From contig JAILIF010000043.1 in assembly GCA_024695405.1 (NCBI GenBank), positions 1 through 61,901 of the forward strand: a DNA stretch of 61,901 bases, read 5' to 3'. Within the stretch, counting starts at the first letter, position 1, and each line of letters starts with the position of its first letter. The translations under genes were made by a program, and so were the position numbers. Below the pieces are notes generated by a model, which was not told the origin of the DNA, did no database searches, and saw only the letters and a list, made by a program, of their open reading frames with translations. The DNA is from Bacilli bacterium (lineage in GTDB: Bacteria > Bacillota_I > Bacilli_A > RFN20 > CAG-826). Below, piece by piece: positions 19,312-29,971 of the stretch.

Positions 19312-20526
19312 TTATTCAAGTAGCTCTTTGATTGAAGTTCCTAACAGATTTTCTGGTTTTTTAAGACCAAAATTCTCTAAAATAGTAGCTCCTAAATCTG
19401 CAAAGCTTTCTCTTTCTTCTAATAGTTTTCCATTCTTAAATGATTTAGAAAACATAATAAATGGAACTTTTTCTCTTGTGTGATCAGTTCCATACCAAGT
19501 TGGATCGTTTCCGTGATCAGCAGTTACGATAATTAAATCATCTTTTTTTGAGTATTTAATTGCATCTGCTAATTGAACATCGAATGTTTCGATACATTTT
19601 CCGTATCCAATTGGATCTCTTCTATGGCCATATTCTGAGTCAAATTCAACAAGATTTACAAAGCACAATCCTGTAAAATCGTGGTTTTTAACCTCTTCAA
19701 TGGTCTTTTCCATACCATCAATATTTGAGACAGTTTTTTGCGTTTTTACTACACCATATCCGTCAAAAATATCTGAAATTTTACCGATACAGCTTGTCAT
19801 AAAGCCGTTATCTTGTAAAACATTCATTGCTGTAGGAACGCTCGGTTTTAAAGCTAAATCATGTCTATGACCAGTTACACGTTTAAAATTATCTTTATTA
19901 GTTCCGATGTATGGTCTAGCGATAATACGTCCAACCATCCATTCAGGCTTCATACAAATTTCACGTGCGATTTCACAGCATCTATATAATTCATCTAAAC
20001 CTGTTACTTCTTCATGAGCAGCGATTTGAAGAACGGAATCAGCACTTGTATAAACAATTAAAGAATTATCTCTAACTTGTTCTTCACCTAATTCTTTTAG
20101 AATTTCAGTTCCACTAGCCGCTTTATTTCCAATAACTTTATGACCAGTTTTTTCTTCTAATTCTTTGATTAATTCAGGCGGGAAACCTGTATCAGTGAAA
20201 GTCATAAATGGCTTTGTTGTGTGAACACCCATCATTTCCCAGTGTCCTGTCATTGTGTCTTTTCCGTTACTAATTTCACGTGAAGCTGCAACATATGAAT
20301 TTGGATGGCTGACTTTACTAGTTCCTTTGAAATTTCCTAAATCAGCGATTCCTAAGGAATTTAAACATGGGATATTAAGACCATTTGGCATTTTTTCTGA
20401 AATATGAAGTAATGTATTACTTCCTACATCGTTATGACCAGCATTAAAAAACTTATCTGCATCTGGTTCATAACCAATTCCGACTGAGTCGGCAACTATT
20501 ACAAATATTCTTTTAAATTTTTTCAT
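19312..20526 (-). CDS. deoB: phosphopentomutase
   Basis: Alkaline-phosphatase superfamily DeoB pattern (IVADSVGIG, TADHGNDPT, full-length collinear). The xerD-deoB adjacency matches B. subtilis ripX-drm. Confidence 0.9.
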   Translation of the reverse strand: MKKFKRIFVIVADSVGIGYEPDADKFFNAGHNDVGSNTLLHISEKMPNGLNIPCLNSLGIADLGNFKGTSKVSHPNSYVAASREISNGKDTMTGHWEMMGVHTTKPFMTFTDTGFPPELIKELEEKTGHKVIGNKAASGTEILKELGEEQVRDNSLIVYTSADSVLQIAAHEEVTGLDELYRCCEIAREICMKPEWMVGRIIARPYIGTNKDNFKRVTGHRHDLALKPSVPTAMNVLQDNGFMTSCIGKISDIFDGYGVVKTQKTVSNIDGMEKTIEEVKNHDFTGLCFVNLVEFDSEYGHRRDPIGYGKCIETFDVQLADAIKYSKKDDLIIVTADHGNDPTWYGTDHTREKVPFIMFSKSFKNGKLLEERESFADLGATILENFGLKKPENLLGTSIKELLE

Positions 20527-20552
20527 CTTTATGTACCTCCAATTATAATAAA

Positions 20553-21455
20553 CTATTTTTTGTTCATGAACAAATCATAAGTGTTGATAAGCTTAGCTTT
20601 GCTAACATGTGTATAAATTTGAGTTGTTTGTATGTTTTCGTGACCTAACATTTCTTGGACTGCTCTAAGCTGTGCACCACCATCTAATAAATGAGTTGCA
20701 AAACTATGTCTTAAAGTGTGAGGAGAAATCTTTTTCCTAATTCCAACATATTCAGCGTATTTTTCTATTTGTTTATAGAAATAAATTCTGCTGATTTGGT
20801 CTCCTTTCTTATTTAAAAATAAGATTTTAGAATTTTTACCAGGATTTTTGTTACGGACTTTTTGCATATATTGTTGGACAAATTCTAAAGAAAATTCTGA
20901 TATAGGAACTTTTCTTTCTTTGGAACCTTTGCCAAATACATTAATTACTTTCTTTTCAAAAGATATTCTATCTAGAGTTAAAGAGAGCAATTCACTTACT
21001 CTTAATCCACTAGAATACATGACTTCTAACATCGCTTTATCTCTTAATCCACTTGGTGAATCAATGTCAGGTGCACTCAATAAAAGATCTATCTCGTTTT
21101 TAGATAGGCAAACAGGTAGTCTTTCTGGCTTTTTAGGTAATGAAATTTCAGGAATTTCGTAGTTGAAATAGCCACTATTTTTAAGAAAAAGTAAATACGA
21201 TTTTATAGAGGAACTTATTCTTAAAACTGAAGAAGATGTATAGTTTTGATTAAGACAATAAGAAATATATTGAGGTAAATTATCTTCATATAAATCTTTA
21301 GTTTCTTTAATGCTTGGAAAATGAGTAAAAAATCCCTTTAAATCATTTAAGTATGATTTCCAAGTATTATTTGATAATCCTTTTTCTACTAAAAGGTATT
21401 GTTTATACATGTCTAAAGAATCAATTATATCCATATTATTTCTTTTTAATTTCAC
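20553..21455 (-). CDS. xerD: tyrosine site-specific recombinase XerD (RipX-type)
   Basis: N-terminal SAM-like core-binding domain. Catalytic residues are in SGLRVSEL (R), HTLRHSFATHLL (HxxR) and LGHENIQTTQIYTHV (H, Y). The start may instead be the ATG at 21434 (MDIIDSL...), 2 nt after the dinB stop. Confidence 0.85.
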   Translation of the reverse strand: MKLKRNNMDIIDSLDMYKQYLLVEKGLSNNTWKSYLNDLKGFFTHFPSIKETKDLYEDNLPQYISYCLNQNYTSSSVLRISSSIKSYLLFLKNSGYFNYEIPEISLPKKPERLPVCLSKNEIDLLLSAPDIDSPSGLRDKAMLEVMYSSGLRVSELLSLTLDRISFEKKVINVFGKGSKERKVPISEFSLEFVQQYMQKVRNKNPGKNSKILFLNKKGDQISRIYFYKQIEKYAEYVGIRKKISPHTLRHSFATHLLDGGAQLRAVQEMLGHENIQTTQIYTHVSKAKLINTYDLFMNKK

Positions 21456-22617
21456 TTGCTCTCATAAGCAATGGTTTATCTAATTTCCTATTTAATTCTT
21501 CAATTAATAATTTCGTTTGAGATTGTTCCTCATGCTCTTCATAATCAAAGAAAGTCATTTGAATTACTAAGTCTTTTGGATCTATGAGATTTTGTAATGT
21601 AACGCCTACTAATCTAACAGTAATTCCTAAGAAATATTTTTCATATAATTTGCAAGAAATATCAAAAATTACTTTGTAATCATTAGTTGGTTTATCTAAC
21701 TTTATAGACTTATTTTTTATCTTAAAATCAGGAGTTTTAATAACAATTTGCAAAGTGTTTCCTAATTTGTTTTCTTTAATACATCTTTCGCTAACTTCTT
21801 TACATAAATTGCTAATTGTTTCTTTTATATCTCTAAAATCATCAGTGTCTTCAATCAATGTTGTTGAATTACCAATGGATTTAGGATCCCAAGGTTCTAA
21901 ATCTAATTGGTCATTACTTTTTCCTTCTATTAAATCAGAGATTATATAAAAGAATTTACCTAACATCATTTTTGCGTTTTCATCATCTTTTTTAACTAGA
22001 CTATATAAATCTCCAATTGTATTAATTCCTGCGTTAATTAATCTAGGAGCAGTCTTTTTTCCTATACCAAAAAAGTCTCCAATAGGTAAAGGAGATAAAA
22101 TATTTACTGCATCTTTTCTATGAATTATTGTTATTCCCATAGGCTTTTTCATATCGCTAGCCATCTTAGCTAGGAATTTAGTTGGTGCTATACCAATAGA
22201 GCATTTTAATTTGGTTTCTTTAAATAATTGTTTTTGAAAATCTTCAAAGAATTTATGCGGATTTTTATTATTTTTAATAACGTTAGTAAAATCAGCGTAG
22301 CATTCATCTACAGAAGCAATCTCCACTAATTTAGTAGTTCTTTTAACATAGTTAAAAAATTCATGAGATTTTTTCTGATAATATTTAAAATCTACAGGAA
22401 GAATTATAAGACTTTGGCAAAGTTGTTTAGCCTTAAACATAGGCATTCCACTTTTAACTCCAAATTCTCTTGCTTTATATGAACAAGTAGAAACTATTCC
22501 GCCTCTACCTTCATGACCGATTGCGACTGGCTTACCTTCTATTAATGGATTTTTTAGTTCTTCACAACGCACAAAAAAAGCATTTAAATCAATATGACAA
22601 ATTACTTTTGTGCTCAT
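21436..22617 (-). CDS. dinB: DNA polymerase IV (Y-family)
   Basis: Y-family motifs (HIDLNAFFVRCE, ASVDECYADF, SIGIAPTKFLAKMASD, GIGKKT). Confidence 0.9.
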   Translation of the reverse strand: MSTKVICHIDLNAFFVRCEELKNPLIEGKPVAIGHEGRGGIVSTCSYKAREFGVKSGMPMFKAKQLCQSLIILPVDFKYYQKKSHEFFNYVKRTTKLVEIASVDECYADFTNVIKNNKNPHKFFEDFQKQLFKETKLKCSIGIAPTKFLAKMASDMKKPMGITIIHRKDAVNILSPLPIGDFFGIGKKTAPRLINAGINTIGDLYSLVKKDDENAKMMLGKFFYIISDLIEGKSNDQLDLEPWDPKSIGNSTTLIEDTDDFRDIKETISNLCKEVSERCIKENKLGNTLQIVIKTPDFKIKNKSIKLDKPTNDYKVIFDISCKLYEKYFLGITVRLVGVTLQNLIDPKDLVIQMTFFDYEEHEEQSQTKLLIEELNRKLDKPLLMRASEIKKK

Positions 22618-22637
22618 GATATTATGTTAACTAATTT

Positions 22638-24485
22638 CTATAAAATATCAATGATTTTATCAATTGATATTCCTAATTCTTCTCTTTGATTTTCAATGGT
22701 TGAATGGCCTATAAAAGCGTTTGGAACAGCCTTAACAATAATATTTCCTTTATAACCTTTTGTGATTAATAAAGCGGTTAACGTATTCGCGAATCCAACT
22801 TCTGTTGAATAAGCGTCATAAATAACAATCTTTTCATAATTGAGCAAATCTTCAATATACTTCTCTAAAATTGGACGAACATAAATGGCTTCAAAAACAG
22901 TAATATTTAATTCTTTTTTCTTTATTTCTTTAACTAACTTATTAATGATTGGACCATAACTTACTACTGCGGTTTTTTCTCCAGAAAGCAATTCTTTCCA
23001 TTCACCAAACTCTACTTTTTCGTTTTCTTCAACAGCATTTTTATTGAAGGATTCTTTTGGATATCTAATCGCAAAAACGCCATGATTTTCCATTGATTCT
23101 TCTAGCAAAGAAGAAATTTGAGAAGATTTAGATGCCATAGTAATAACACAATTAGGAATTGTATATAAGAAAGAAGCATCATAAATACCTTGATGAGTAT
23201 CGCCATCTAATCCAACTAAACCAGCTCTATCAATTAATAAAGTTGAATTAAGATTCATTCTTGCTAAATCATGGGAAATTTCATCATAACTTCTTTGCAA
23301 AAATGTTGAATAAATCGAAATAAATGGATGAATTCCATTTGAAGAAAGCCCAGCTGCTAAAACTACACCATGCTCTTCATTTATTCCTACGTCTTTAAAT
23401 CTATCTGGGAAATCTTTTTGGATATTGGTTAAATCACTCCCTAATCCAGTTGCAGGACAAATTGTTACAGCGTTATTATGGTTTTTCATTACTTCATAAA
23501 GCCTTAACGCATATTCTTTAGACCACGAAGAAAGAGATTCGTCAGAATAAATTTTTCCAGTTAATTTATCAAATTTACAAACGCCGTGGTAAATGCCACG
23601 ATTATCTTTTTCTGCACATTCAAATCCTTTTCCTTTGATTGTTTTTATATGAATTGCAACAGGGCCTTTAAGAGTTTTTGCTTTTTTAAAAGCCCTTTCC
23701 ATTTGCTTTATGTTATGTCCATTAATAATTCCGATATATTTAATTCCTAATAAATCAAAAAGATTTATCTTCATAAGATGTCTTTTTAACCAATCTTTAA
23801 AAGAAGATAATTTGCGCAATATAAATCTTCCTAAAGCACTAATTGATAGCATCTTTTTAGTGGCGGATTTACTCTTTTGATATAACTTAGTATTTGATAA
23901 TTTTCTAAAAGTTCTACTTAATCCACCTTCGTTTTTACCGATAGACATTTCGTTATCGTTAATAACAATTATGAATTTTGAAAGATTTTTAGATAAGTTA
24001 TTCAGTGCTTCAAATACTAAGCCGTTTTCAAAGCTTGCATCACCAATAAAAGAAACGACATAGTAATCTTCTTTTTTTAAATCTCTAGCATCCGCAATAC
24101 CCATTGCAGCACTTATTGATGTAGATGAATGTCCACATTCATAACAATCATAGATTGATTCGTTTCTTTTTTGGAATCCACTAGGACCATCTTTTTTACG
24201 GATATTTTTAAAATCACGTCCTGTAAGGATTTTATACGAATAACATTGATGACCAACATCGAATATGATTTTGTCTTTTGAAAAATCAAAACTTCTACAA
24301 AGCGCAATTGTGGATTCAACTACACCTAAGTTAGAAGATAAATGGCCACCATTTTCGCTTATAACTTCAATAATATATTTTCTTAAATCAGCACTTAAAA
24401 CATCTAATTCGCTATAAGATAAATTAGATAAAAACTTTGGATCTTTTATAGTTGATAAGTTTACGTGGCTGATTTCTTTTTTCAT
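22638..24485 (-). CDS. dxs: 1-deoxy-D-xylulose-5-phosphate synthase (MEP pathway)
   Basis: DXS pattern (GGHLSSNLGVVE, DVGHQCY, TPP motif IGDASFENG...NDNEMSI, transketolase-like Pyr and C-terminal domains). Confidence 0.9.
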   Translation of the reverse strand: MKKEISHVNLSTIKDPKFLSNLSYSELDVLSADLRKYIIEVISENGGHLSSNLGVVESTIALCRSFDFSKDKIIFDVGHQCYSYKILTGRDFKNIRKKDGPSGFQKRNESIYDCYECGHSSTSISAAMGIADARDLKKEDYYVVSFIGDASFENGLVFEALNNLSKNLSKFIIVINDNEMSIGKNEGGLSRTFRKLSNTKLYQKSKSATKKMLSISALGRFILRKLSSFKDWLKRHLMKINLFDLLGIKYIGIINGHNIKQMERAFKKAKTLKGPVAIHIKTIKGKGFECAEKDNRGIYHGVCKFDKLTGKIYSDESLSSWSKEYALRLYEVMKNHNNAVTICPATGLGSDLTNIQKDFPDRFKDVGINEEHGVVLAAGLSSNGIHPFISIYSTFLQRSYDEISHDLARMNLNSTLLIDRAGLVGLDGDTHQGIYDASFLYTIPNCVITMASKSSQISSLLEESMENHGVFAIRYPKESFNKNAVEENEKVEFGEWKELLSGEKTAVVSYGPIINKLVKEIKKKELNITVFEAIYVRPILEKYIEDLLNYEKIVIYDAYSTEVGFANTLTALLITKGYKGNIIVKAVPNAFIGHSTIENQREELGISIDKIIDIL

Positions 24486-24685
24486 TATTTACTTTCGATT
24501 ACTTTTTCAATCTTATTTTCGGCCTCTTTAAGGGCTTTTTCTAAATCTTTGATTATTTTATTGCCTTCTTCATAAAGAGCAAGGGAATCGTCTAAAGAAA
24601 GCGTTTTATTGGACATAGTCTCAACTATTTCATCAAGTCTTTTTAATTTGTCTTCAAATTTAATGTTTTCTTCCATATTATTCAC
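24485..24685 (-). CDS. xseB: exodeoxyribonuclease VII small subunit
   Basis: 66-aa helical protein (FEDKLKRLDEIVETM....SLDDSLALYEEG). Overlaps xseA by 8 nt and dxs by 1 nt. Canonical xseA-xseB order. Confidence 0.85.
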   Translation of the reverse strand: MNNMEENIKFEDKLKRLDEIVETMSNKTLSLDDSLALYEEGNKIIKDLEKALKEAENKIEKVIESK

Positions 24686-25817
24686 CTTTTGCTTCTTCTA
24701 TAGTGGAAATAGTCTCACCATTAGCGTATATGGTTTTAATTTTATTTCCTATTTTTTGAGTACATGCATCAGTAATTGCCTTTCCTGATTCATCTAGAGT
24801 AATTGAATATCCTCTAGAAAGAATATTCTTGGGAGATAGAGAATGGAGCTGCTCGCTTCTTAAACTAATCTTTTGCTTCAATAGATTAACTCTTTCTTTT
24901 AGAATATCCCTTAATTTTTCTTTAATAGTAGAAATTTCTTCTTTTCTATCTTCGACATATTCTTTTAATGATTCTTTCATTGAATCGATTGCGTCTTGGA
25001 AATGTAGTTCTATTTCTCTACGATCAATTGTTGCGAGTTCTGCAGCTCCTGTTGGAGTACTTGCGCGTTTATCTGCAACATAATCTACTAAAGTAGAATC
25101 TATTTCGTGTCCAACAGCTGCAATAACAGGAATCTTACTATCAGCAATTGCTCTTACTAATTTTTCGTCATTGAATGCGCTTAAGTCTTCGCTAGCGCCA
25201 CCGCCCCTTCCGATGATAATCGTATCCAGAGGATACTTCTGGGCGGTCAGAAATGCTTGCAGCAATTCTTTGGGGGCATTATCACCTTGAACTTGGCTAG
25301 GGAAGAAATATATATCTGCAATAGGATATCTTCTTTTTAAATTAAAGATTATATCTTTTATTGCAGCACTATTTGGAGCAGTAATAACTCCAATTGCGTT
25401 TGGATATAAATTGATTTTCTTTTTTCTAGAAACATCAAATAATCCTTCTGCAGCTAATTGCTTTTTAAGCTGTTCAAGTTCATAAAGAATATCGCCTCTA
25501 CCAGCTTGTTCAAGTGCAACTGCAATTAACTGATAACTTCCTCTAGCAGGATATACATCTACACTTGCTAAGACAATTACTTCGTCACCGTTTTCTGGTT
25601 TAAAGTTTAATTTACTAGCATAGGTAGAAAATAAACAAACTGAGATAATTGATTCTTTATCTTTTAAAGAGAAGTAAACATGGCCGTTTGCGCCATATTT
25701 TAAATTTGATATTTCACCTTTAACAGAAATATATCTTAAATTCTGGTCATTATTTATAATGGCTTTGATATATTTGTTAATGTCAGAGACAGTATAAACT
25801 ACTCTATTTAATGGCAT
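24678..25817 (-). CDS. xseA: exodeoxyribonuclease VII large subunit
   Basis: OB-fold N-terminus (VSVKGEISNLKYGANGHVYFSLKD), catalytic core (GVITAPNSAAIKD, IIGRGGGASEDL, GHEID) and C-terminal coiled coil. Confidence 0.9.
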   Translation of the reverse strand: MPLNRVVYTVSDINKYIKAIINNDQNLRYISVKGEISNLKYGANGHVYFSLKDKESIISVCLFSTYASKLNFKPENGDEVIVLASVDVYPARGSYQLIAVALEQAGRGDILYELEQLKKQLAAEGLFDVSRKKKINLYPNAIGVITAPNSAAIKDIIFNLKRRYPIADIYFFPSQVQGDNAPKELLQAFLTAQKYPLDTIIIGRGGGASEDLSAFNDEKLVRAIADSKIPVIAAVGHEIDSTLVDYVADKRASTPTGAAELATIDRREIELHFQDAIDSMKESLKEYVEDRKEEISTIKEKLRDILKERVNLLKQKISLRSEQLHSLSPKNILSRGYSITLDESGKAITDACTQKIGNKIKTIYANGETISTIEEAKGE

Positions 25818-26233
25818 TATTTTAATACTCCATCAAGTATTGCATTAATGAACTTTGCTTGTTTTTCTTCGACATATTTTTTTGCTAAGTCCACGGCGGT
25901 ATTGATAACAACACTCTTATCAATTTTTTCTACAAAGTAGAAGTGAGCATAGCTCATTAATAAAATAGCTTGTGTTAATAAAGGAAGACGTTCCCATTTC
26001 CAATTAACTAATAATGGTCTAAATGCATCGACAATTTCACCATAATGTTGCATAGTAAGAGCAACGCTTCTTTTAATATAAGGATCAACTTCATCAAAAG
26101 GAGTTTCTGCAATTTCTTCGATTAATTCATTTGCATTTCTACTTGAAGCGCCACCACCCATAACAAAATCAGCTAGTTCATCATAGATGACTGTCATGAT
26201 TACGAAGTGTGATTGATTACGTGATATTGCCAT
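25817..26233 (-). CDS. nusB: transcription antitermination factor NusB
   Basis: 138-aa all-helical NusB-like protein (...AVDLAKKYVEEKQAKFINAILD). Conserved nusB-xseA linkage. SD AAAGGAG. Confidence 0.8.
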   Translation of the reverse strand: MAISRNQSHFVIMTVIYDELADFVMGGGASSRNANELIEEIAETPFDEVDPYIKRSVALTMQHYGEIVDAFRPLLVNWKWERLPLLTQAILLMSYAHFYFVEKIDKSVVINTAVDLAKKYVEEKQAKFINAILDGVLK

Positions 26234-26277
26234 AAAAGAAACTCCTTTTTGATGTAAATTTAGTTTAATTACTCTAA

Positions 26278-28224
26278 TTATTTAAGATTTTTAACATATG
26301 CAGCGACTTTATCTGCTGTGAAACCAAATGCATTGATAACATCTTTTGCAGGTGCGGATTTACCAAAAGAATCAATTGATAAATGATTTGCTGCGTATTT
26401 ATCCCAACCAAATGAAGATAACATTTCGATTGAAACAATCTTTTCTCTATCTAAGGATAAAACTGATTTTTTGTAGTCAGCGCTTTGAGCGTCAAAGTAG
26501 CTCCAGCAAGGCATAGAAACAACTCTAACATCAATGCCATCATCTGCTAATAATTTTTGTGCTTCAACTGCTAATGAAACTTCACTACCAGTAGCAACTA
26601 AAATGTAGTCAGCTTTCTTAGCTTCTTTAGAGATAACATAAGCACCTTTGTAGACGCCTTCTTTAGAAGAGCCATCTAATAATGGTAAGTTTTGTCTAGA
26701 AAGAATTAAAGCAGTTGGACGTTTTGTGCTATCTAAAGCAGCGTTCCATGCAGCATATGTTTCTCTTTCATCACATGGTCTAATTGTATCGACATTTGGA
26801 ATACTTCTTAACATAGCCATTTGTTCGATTGGTTCGTGTGTTGGACCATCTTCACCAACAGCGATTGAGTCATGCGAGAATAAGTAGATTGCTGGTAAAT
26901 GACTTAAAGCAGCCATTCTGATTGCTGGCTTCATATAGTCTGAGAAGACAAAGAAACAACCAACATAGCTTCTAACACCGCCATGTAATAACATACCATT
27001 TTGAGCACTTGCCATAGCAAATTCTCTAATACCCCAGTTCATGTTGTGTCCGCTTCTATTATCTACAAAATAGTTAGTTCCGTTGTCAAGCTTAGTCATA
27101 ACTGAACCAGCAACGTCAGCAGAACCACCAAATAAGTTGGTTAATTTATTCATGAAGAAGTTAAGAGCTTTTCCACTTGCAACACGAGTTGATGCTTGTG
27201 AACCAGCTTCGAATGCTGGGTATTCAACGTTATATGATTTTGCTTTTAAAGAATCAGCAAATTTAGCATATGCTTCTGGATCTTTTGCTTTAAATGCATC
27301 CATTGCTTTATTGTAGTCAGCGTATGCAGCATCACCTCTAGCACCGAATGTGTTTTTGAAGTGATCATATACTTCTTGTGGTACAAAGAAATTATCATGA
27401 TCAAAACCATAAGATAATTTTGCGGCTTTACCATCTTCTTCACCTAATGGGTTACCATGGACTTTATTAGTACCTTGTTTAGCACTACCAAAGCCGATAA
27501 CTGTGTGAACCATAATCATTGTTGGTTTGTCTGCTTTTTTAGCTTTGACGATAGCAGCATCGATTGCATCGACATCATTACCATCTTCAACTTCTAAAAC
27601 ATTCCAACCACTTGCAACGAATCTAGTTTTAACATCTTCCGAGAATGATAAGCCTAAGCCACCATCTAAAGTGACATTATTTGCATCGTAGAAAAGAATT
27701 AATTTCTTTAAGTTTAAGTGACCTGCTAAAGAGATGGCTTCTTGAGAAATGCCTTCTTGTAAGCAGCCATCGCCGCATAAAGCATATGTATAGTGATCGC
27801 ATGCTGTTGGATACATTGAGTTCATCATTGTTTCAGCAATTGCCATACCAACAGCTTGAGAGATACCTTGTCCTAAAGGGCCGCTAGTAGCATCAACGCC
27901 ATCAGTCCAACCATATTCTGGGTGACCTGGAGTTTTGCTATCTAATTGTCTGAATGATTTTAAATCATCCATAGTTACTTTGTAACCACAGAGGTGAAGC
28001 ATTGTGTAAAGTAATGCTGAAGCGTGACCTGCTGAGAGAACAAAACGGTCTCTATTGAACCAAAGAGAATCCTTTGGTGTAGCGTTTAAATGTCTAGTAA
28101 ATAAAGTGTAAGCAATAGGTGCACTACCTAATGCCATACCAGGGTGACCTGATTTTGCTTTGTTAATTGTGTCGATTGCTAAACTTCTAATTGTAGCAAT
28201 TGATAATTTGTCGATGTTGTTCAT
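26278..28224 (-). CDS. tkt: transketolase
   Basis: Full-length Tkt (GHPGMALG, SAGHAS, GDGCLQEGISQEA, GEDGPTHEPIEQ). Confidence 0.95.
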   Translation of the reverse strand: MNNIDKLSIATIRSLAIDTINKAKSGHPGMALGSAPIAYTLFTRHLNATPKDSLWFNRDRFVLSAGHASALLYTMLHLCGYKVTMDDLKSFRQLDSKTPGHPEYGWTDGVDATSGPLGQGISQAVGMAIAETMMNSMYPTACDHYTYALCGDGCLQEGISQEAISLAGHLNLKKLILFYDANNVTLDGGLGLSFSEDVKTRFVASGWNVLEVEDGNDVDAIDAAIVKAKKADKPTMIMVHTVIGFGSAKQGTNKVHGNPLGEEDGKAAKLSYGFDHDNFFVPQEVYDHFKNTFGARGDAAYADYNKAMDAFKAKDPEAYAKFADSLKAKSYNVEYPAFEAGSQASTRVASGKALNFFMNKLTNLFGGSADVAGSVMTKLDNGTNYFVDNRSGHNMNWGIREFAMASAQNGMLLHGGVRSYVGCFFVFSDYMKPAIRMAALSHLPAIYLFSHDSIAVGEDGPTHEPIEQMAMLRSIPNVDTIRPCDERETYAAWNAALDSTKRPTALILSRQNLPLLDGSSKEGVYKGAYVISKEAKKADYILVATGSEVSLAVEAQKLLADDGIDVRVVSMPCWSYFDAQSADYKKSVLSLDREKIVSIEMLSSFGWDKYAANHLSIDSFGKSAPAKDVINAFGFTADKVAAYVKNLK

Positions 28225-28226
28225 AA

Positions 28227-29963
28227 TTATTTTCCTTCCTCATCCATAAATTTAATACCTAAGTCTTCGACTTGTTGTCTTGTGACTTTATTAGGTGCTC
28301 CCGACATAGGGCATACGCCAGCTAAGTTTTTAGGGAAGGCAATGACATCACGGATGTTTTCTGTTCCCCCTAAAATCATTGTCATTCTATCTAATCCAAA
28401 TGCCATACCAGCATGTGGAGGAGTTCCGTATTGAAGTGCGTTTACAAAGTAACCGAATTTATCTTGTACATCTTGGTCACTAAGTCCGAGAATATTGAAG
28501 ATTTTCTTTTGTACATTTTGATCGTAAATACGAAGTGTACCACCGCCTGCTTCATAACCATTGATAACGATATCATATGCATATGAGAGCATCTTAGTTG
28601 GATCTTCATCCATGTATTTTAAGTCTTCGTCTCTTGGACGAGTGAATGGGTGATGAGTTGCAACTATTGAATTAGTTTCGACATCTCTTTCAAACATTGG
28701 GAAGTCTACAACCCATAATAAATCATATGTATTTGGTTTAATTAAACCAAGCTTCTTACCATATTTAAGTCTTAATGCACCGAGTAATGGAGTGACTCTA
28801 TTATCTTTACCTGCAGCAATAATAACGATGTCATTATCTTTGAGGTCAAAGATTTTATTTAAGTCTGCTTTTTCTGCATCACTTAAGAATTTAACGATAC
28901 TTCCAGAGAATTCGCCGTTTTCTTTCTTAATGACACCTAAGCCACCAAGGCCGAATTTCTTAGCTTCAAGAGTTAATTCATCAATAACTTTTCTAGAAGT
29001 TTCATTCGCTACACCATTAACAGTGATACCTCTAACGGATTCTGCTGTCTTATAAGCTTCAAATGAAGAATTAGCGAATGTTTCTTTAAGATTCTTTAAT
29101 TCGAAACCAAATCTTGTATCTGGTTTATCACTACCGAATCTTTCCATTGCTTCTTTGTATGTCATTTGACGTAATGGAAGCTTTACATCGTAATTAACTA
29201 TTTCTTTGAAATATCTTCTTATTAATTCTTCCATCATCGTTAAGAATTGTTGTTGATCTAAGAAAGATGTTTCAATATCAATTTGAGTGAAATCTGGTTG
29301 TCTATCAGCACGTAAGTCTTCGTCTCTGAAGCATCTTGCGATTTGATAATATCTTTCGAATCCACCAATCATTAATAATTGTTTAAACATTTGTGGAGAT
29401 TGAGGAAGAGCGTAGAAACTACCATGATGTAATCTAGATGGAACTAAATATTCTTTAGCGCCTTCTGGAGAAGATGCACATAACATTGGAGTTTCAATTT
29501 CACAGAATCCTAAGCTATGCAAATAATTGTGAGTGATAATCTTGATTTGATCACGAATATCAAAGAATCTTTGCATACATGGTCTTCTTAAATCCAAATA
29601 ACGATATTTTAGTCTGACTTCTTCAAGTGCATCAGTATCATCTTGAATTAATAATGGCGTTGTTTTTGCAGTATTAATTAATTCAATTTTAGAAGCAATG
29701 ATTTCAATATCACCTGTTTTCATCTTTGGGTTTGGTTCTTTTCTTTTTGCAACCTCACCAGTAACAGAAATGACATATTCACTTCTAACATCTGGGATTT
29801 CCATACCTTCTTTAACGTAGATTTGGATAATTCCAGAACGATCTCTTAAATCAATAAAAAGAATTGATCCAAGATTTCTTTTTCTGCTAACCCAACCAAC
29901 TAGAGTAACTACTTGGCCTACATTAGCTATGGATAATTCCGTGTTTCTACAAGTTCTCTCCAT
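28227..29963 (-). CDS. aspS: aspartate--tRNA ligase (bacterial type with GAD insertion)
   Basis: N-terminal OB fold and class II motifs (FRDEDLRADRQPDFTQID, GGGTLRIYD, GMAFGLDR). Confidence 0.95.
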   Translation of the reverse strand: MERTCRNTELSIANVGQVVTLVGWVSRKRNLGSILFIDLRDRSGIIQIYVKEGMEIPDVRSEYVISVTGEVAKRKEPNPKMKTGDIEIIASKIELINTAKTTPLLIQDDTDALEEVRLKYRYLDLRRPCMQRFFDIRDQIKIITHNYLHSLGFCEIETPMLCASSPEGAKEYLVPSRLHHGSFYALPQSPQMFKQLLMIGGFERYYQIARCFRDEDLRADRQPDFTQIDIETSFLDQQQFLTMMEELIRRYFKEIVNYDVKLPLRQMTYKEAMERFGSDKPDTRFGFELKNLKETFANSSFEAYKTAESVRGITVNGVANETSRKVIDELTLEAKKFGLGGLGVIKKENGEFSGSIVKFLSDAEKADLNKIFDLKDNDIVIIAAGKDNRVTPLLGALRLKYGKKLGLIKPNTYDLLWVVDFPMFERDVETNSIVATHHPFTRPRDEDLKYMDEDPTKMLSYAYDIVINGYEAGGGTLRIYDQNVQKKIFNILGLSDQDVQDKFGYFVNALQYGTPPHAGMAFGLDRMTMILGGTENIRDVIAFPKNLAGVCPMSGAPNKVTRQQVEDLGIKFMDEEGK

Positions 29964-29971
29964 AATGATGT

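Noticed and set aside
20559-20574. Perfect 16-bp palindrome TTTGTTCATGAACAAA at the 3' end of xerD, considered as an SOS (Cheo) box or terminator.
   Set aside because: The Cheo box is GAAC-N4-GTTC, whereas this is GTTC-N2-GAAC. It lies inside coding sequence, has no following U-tract, and no lexA is in view.
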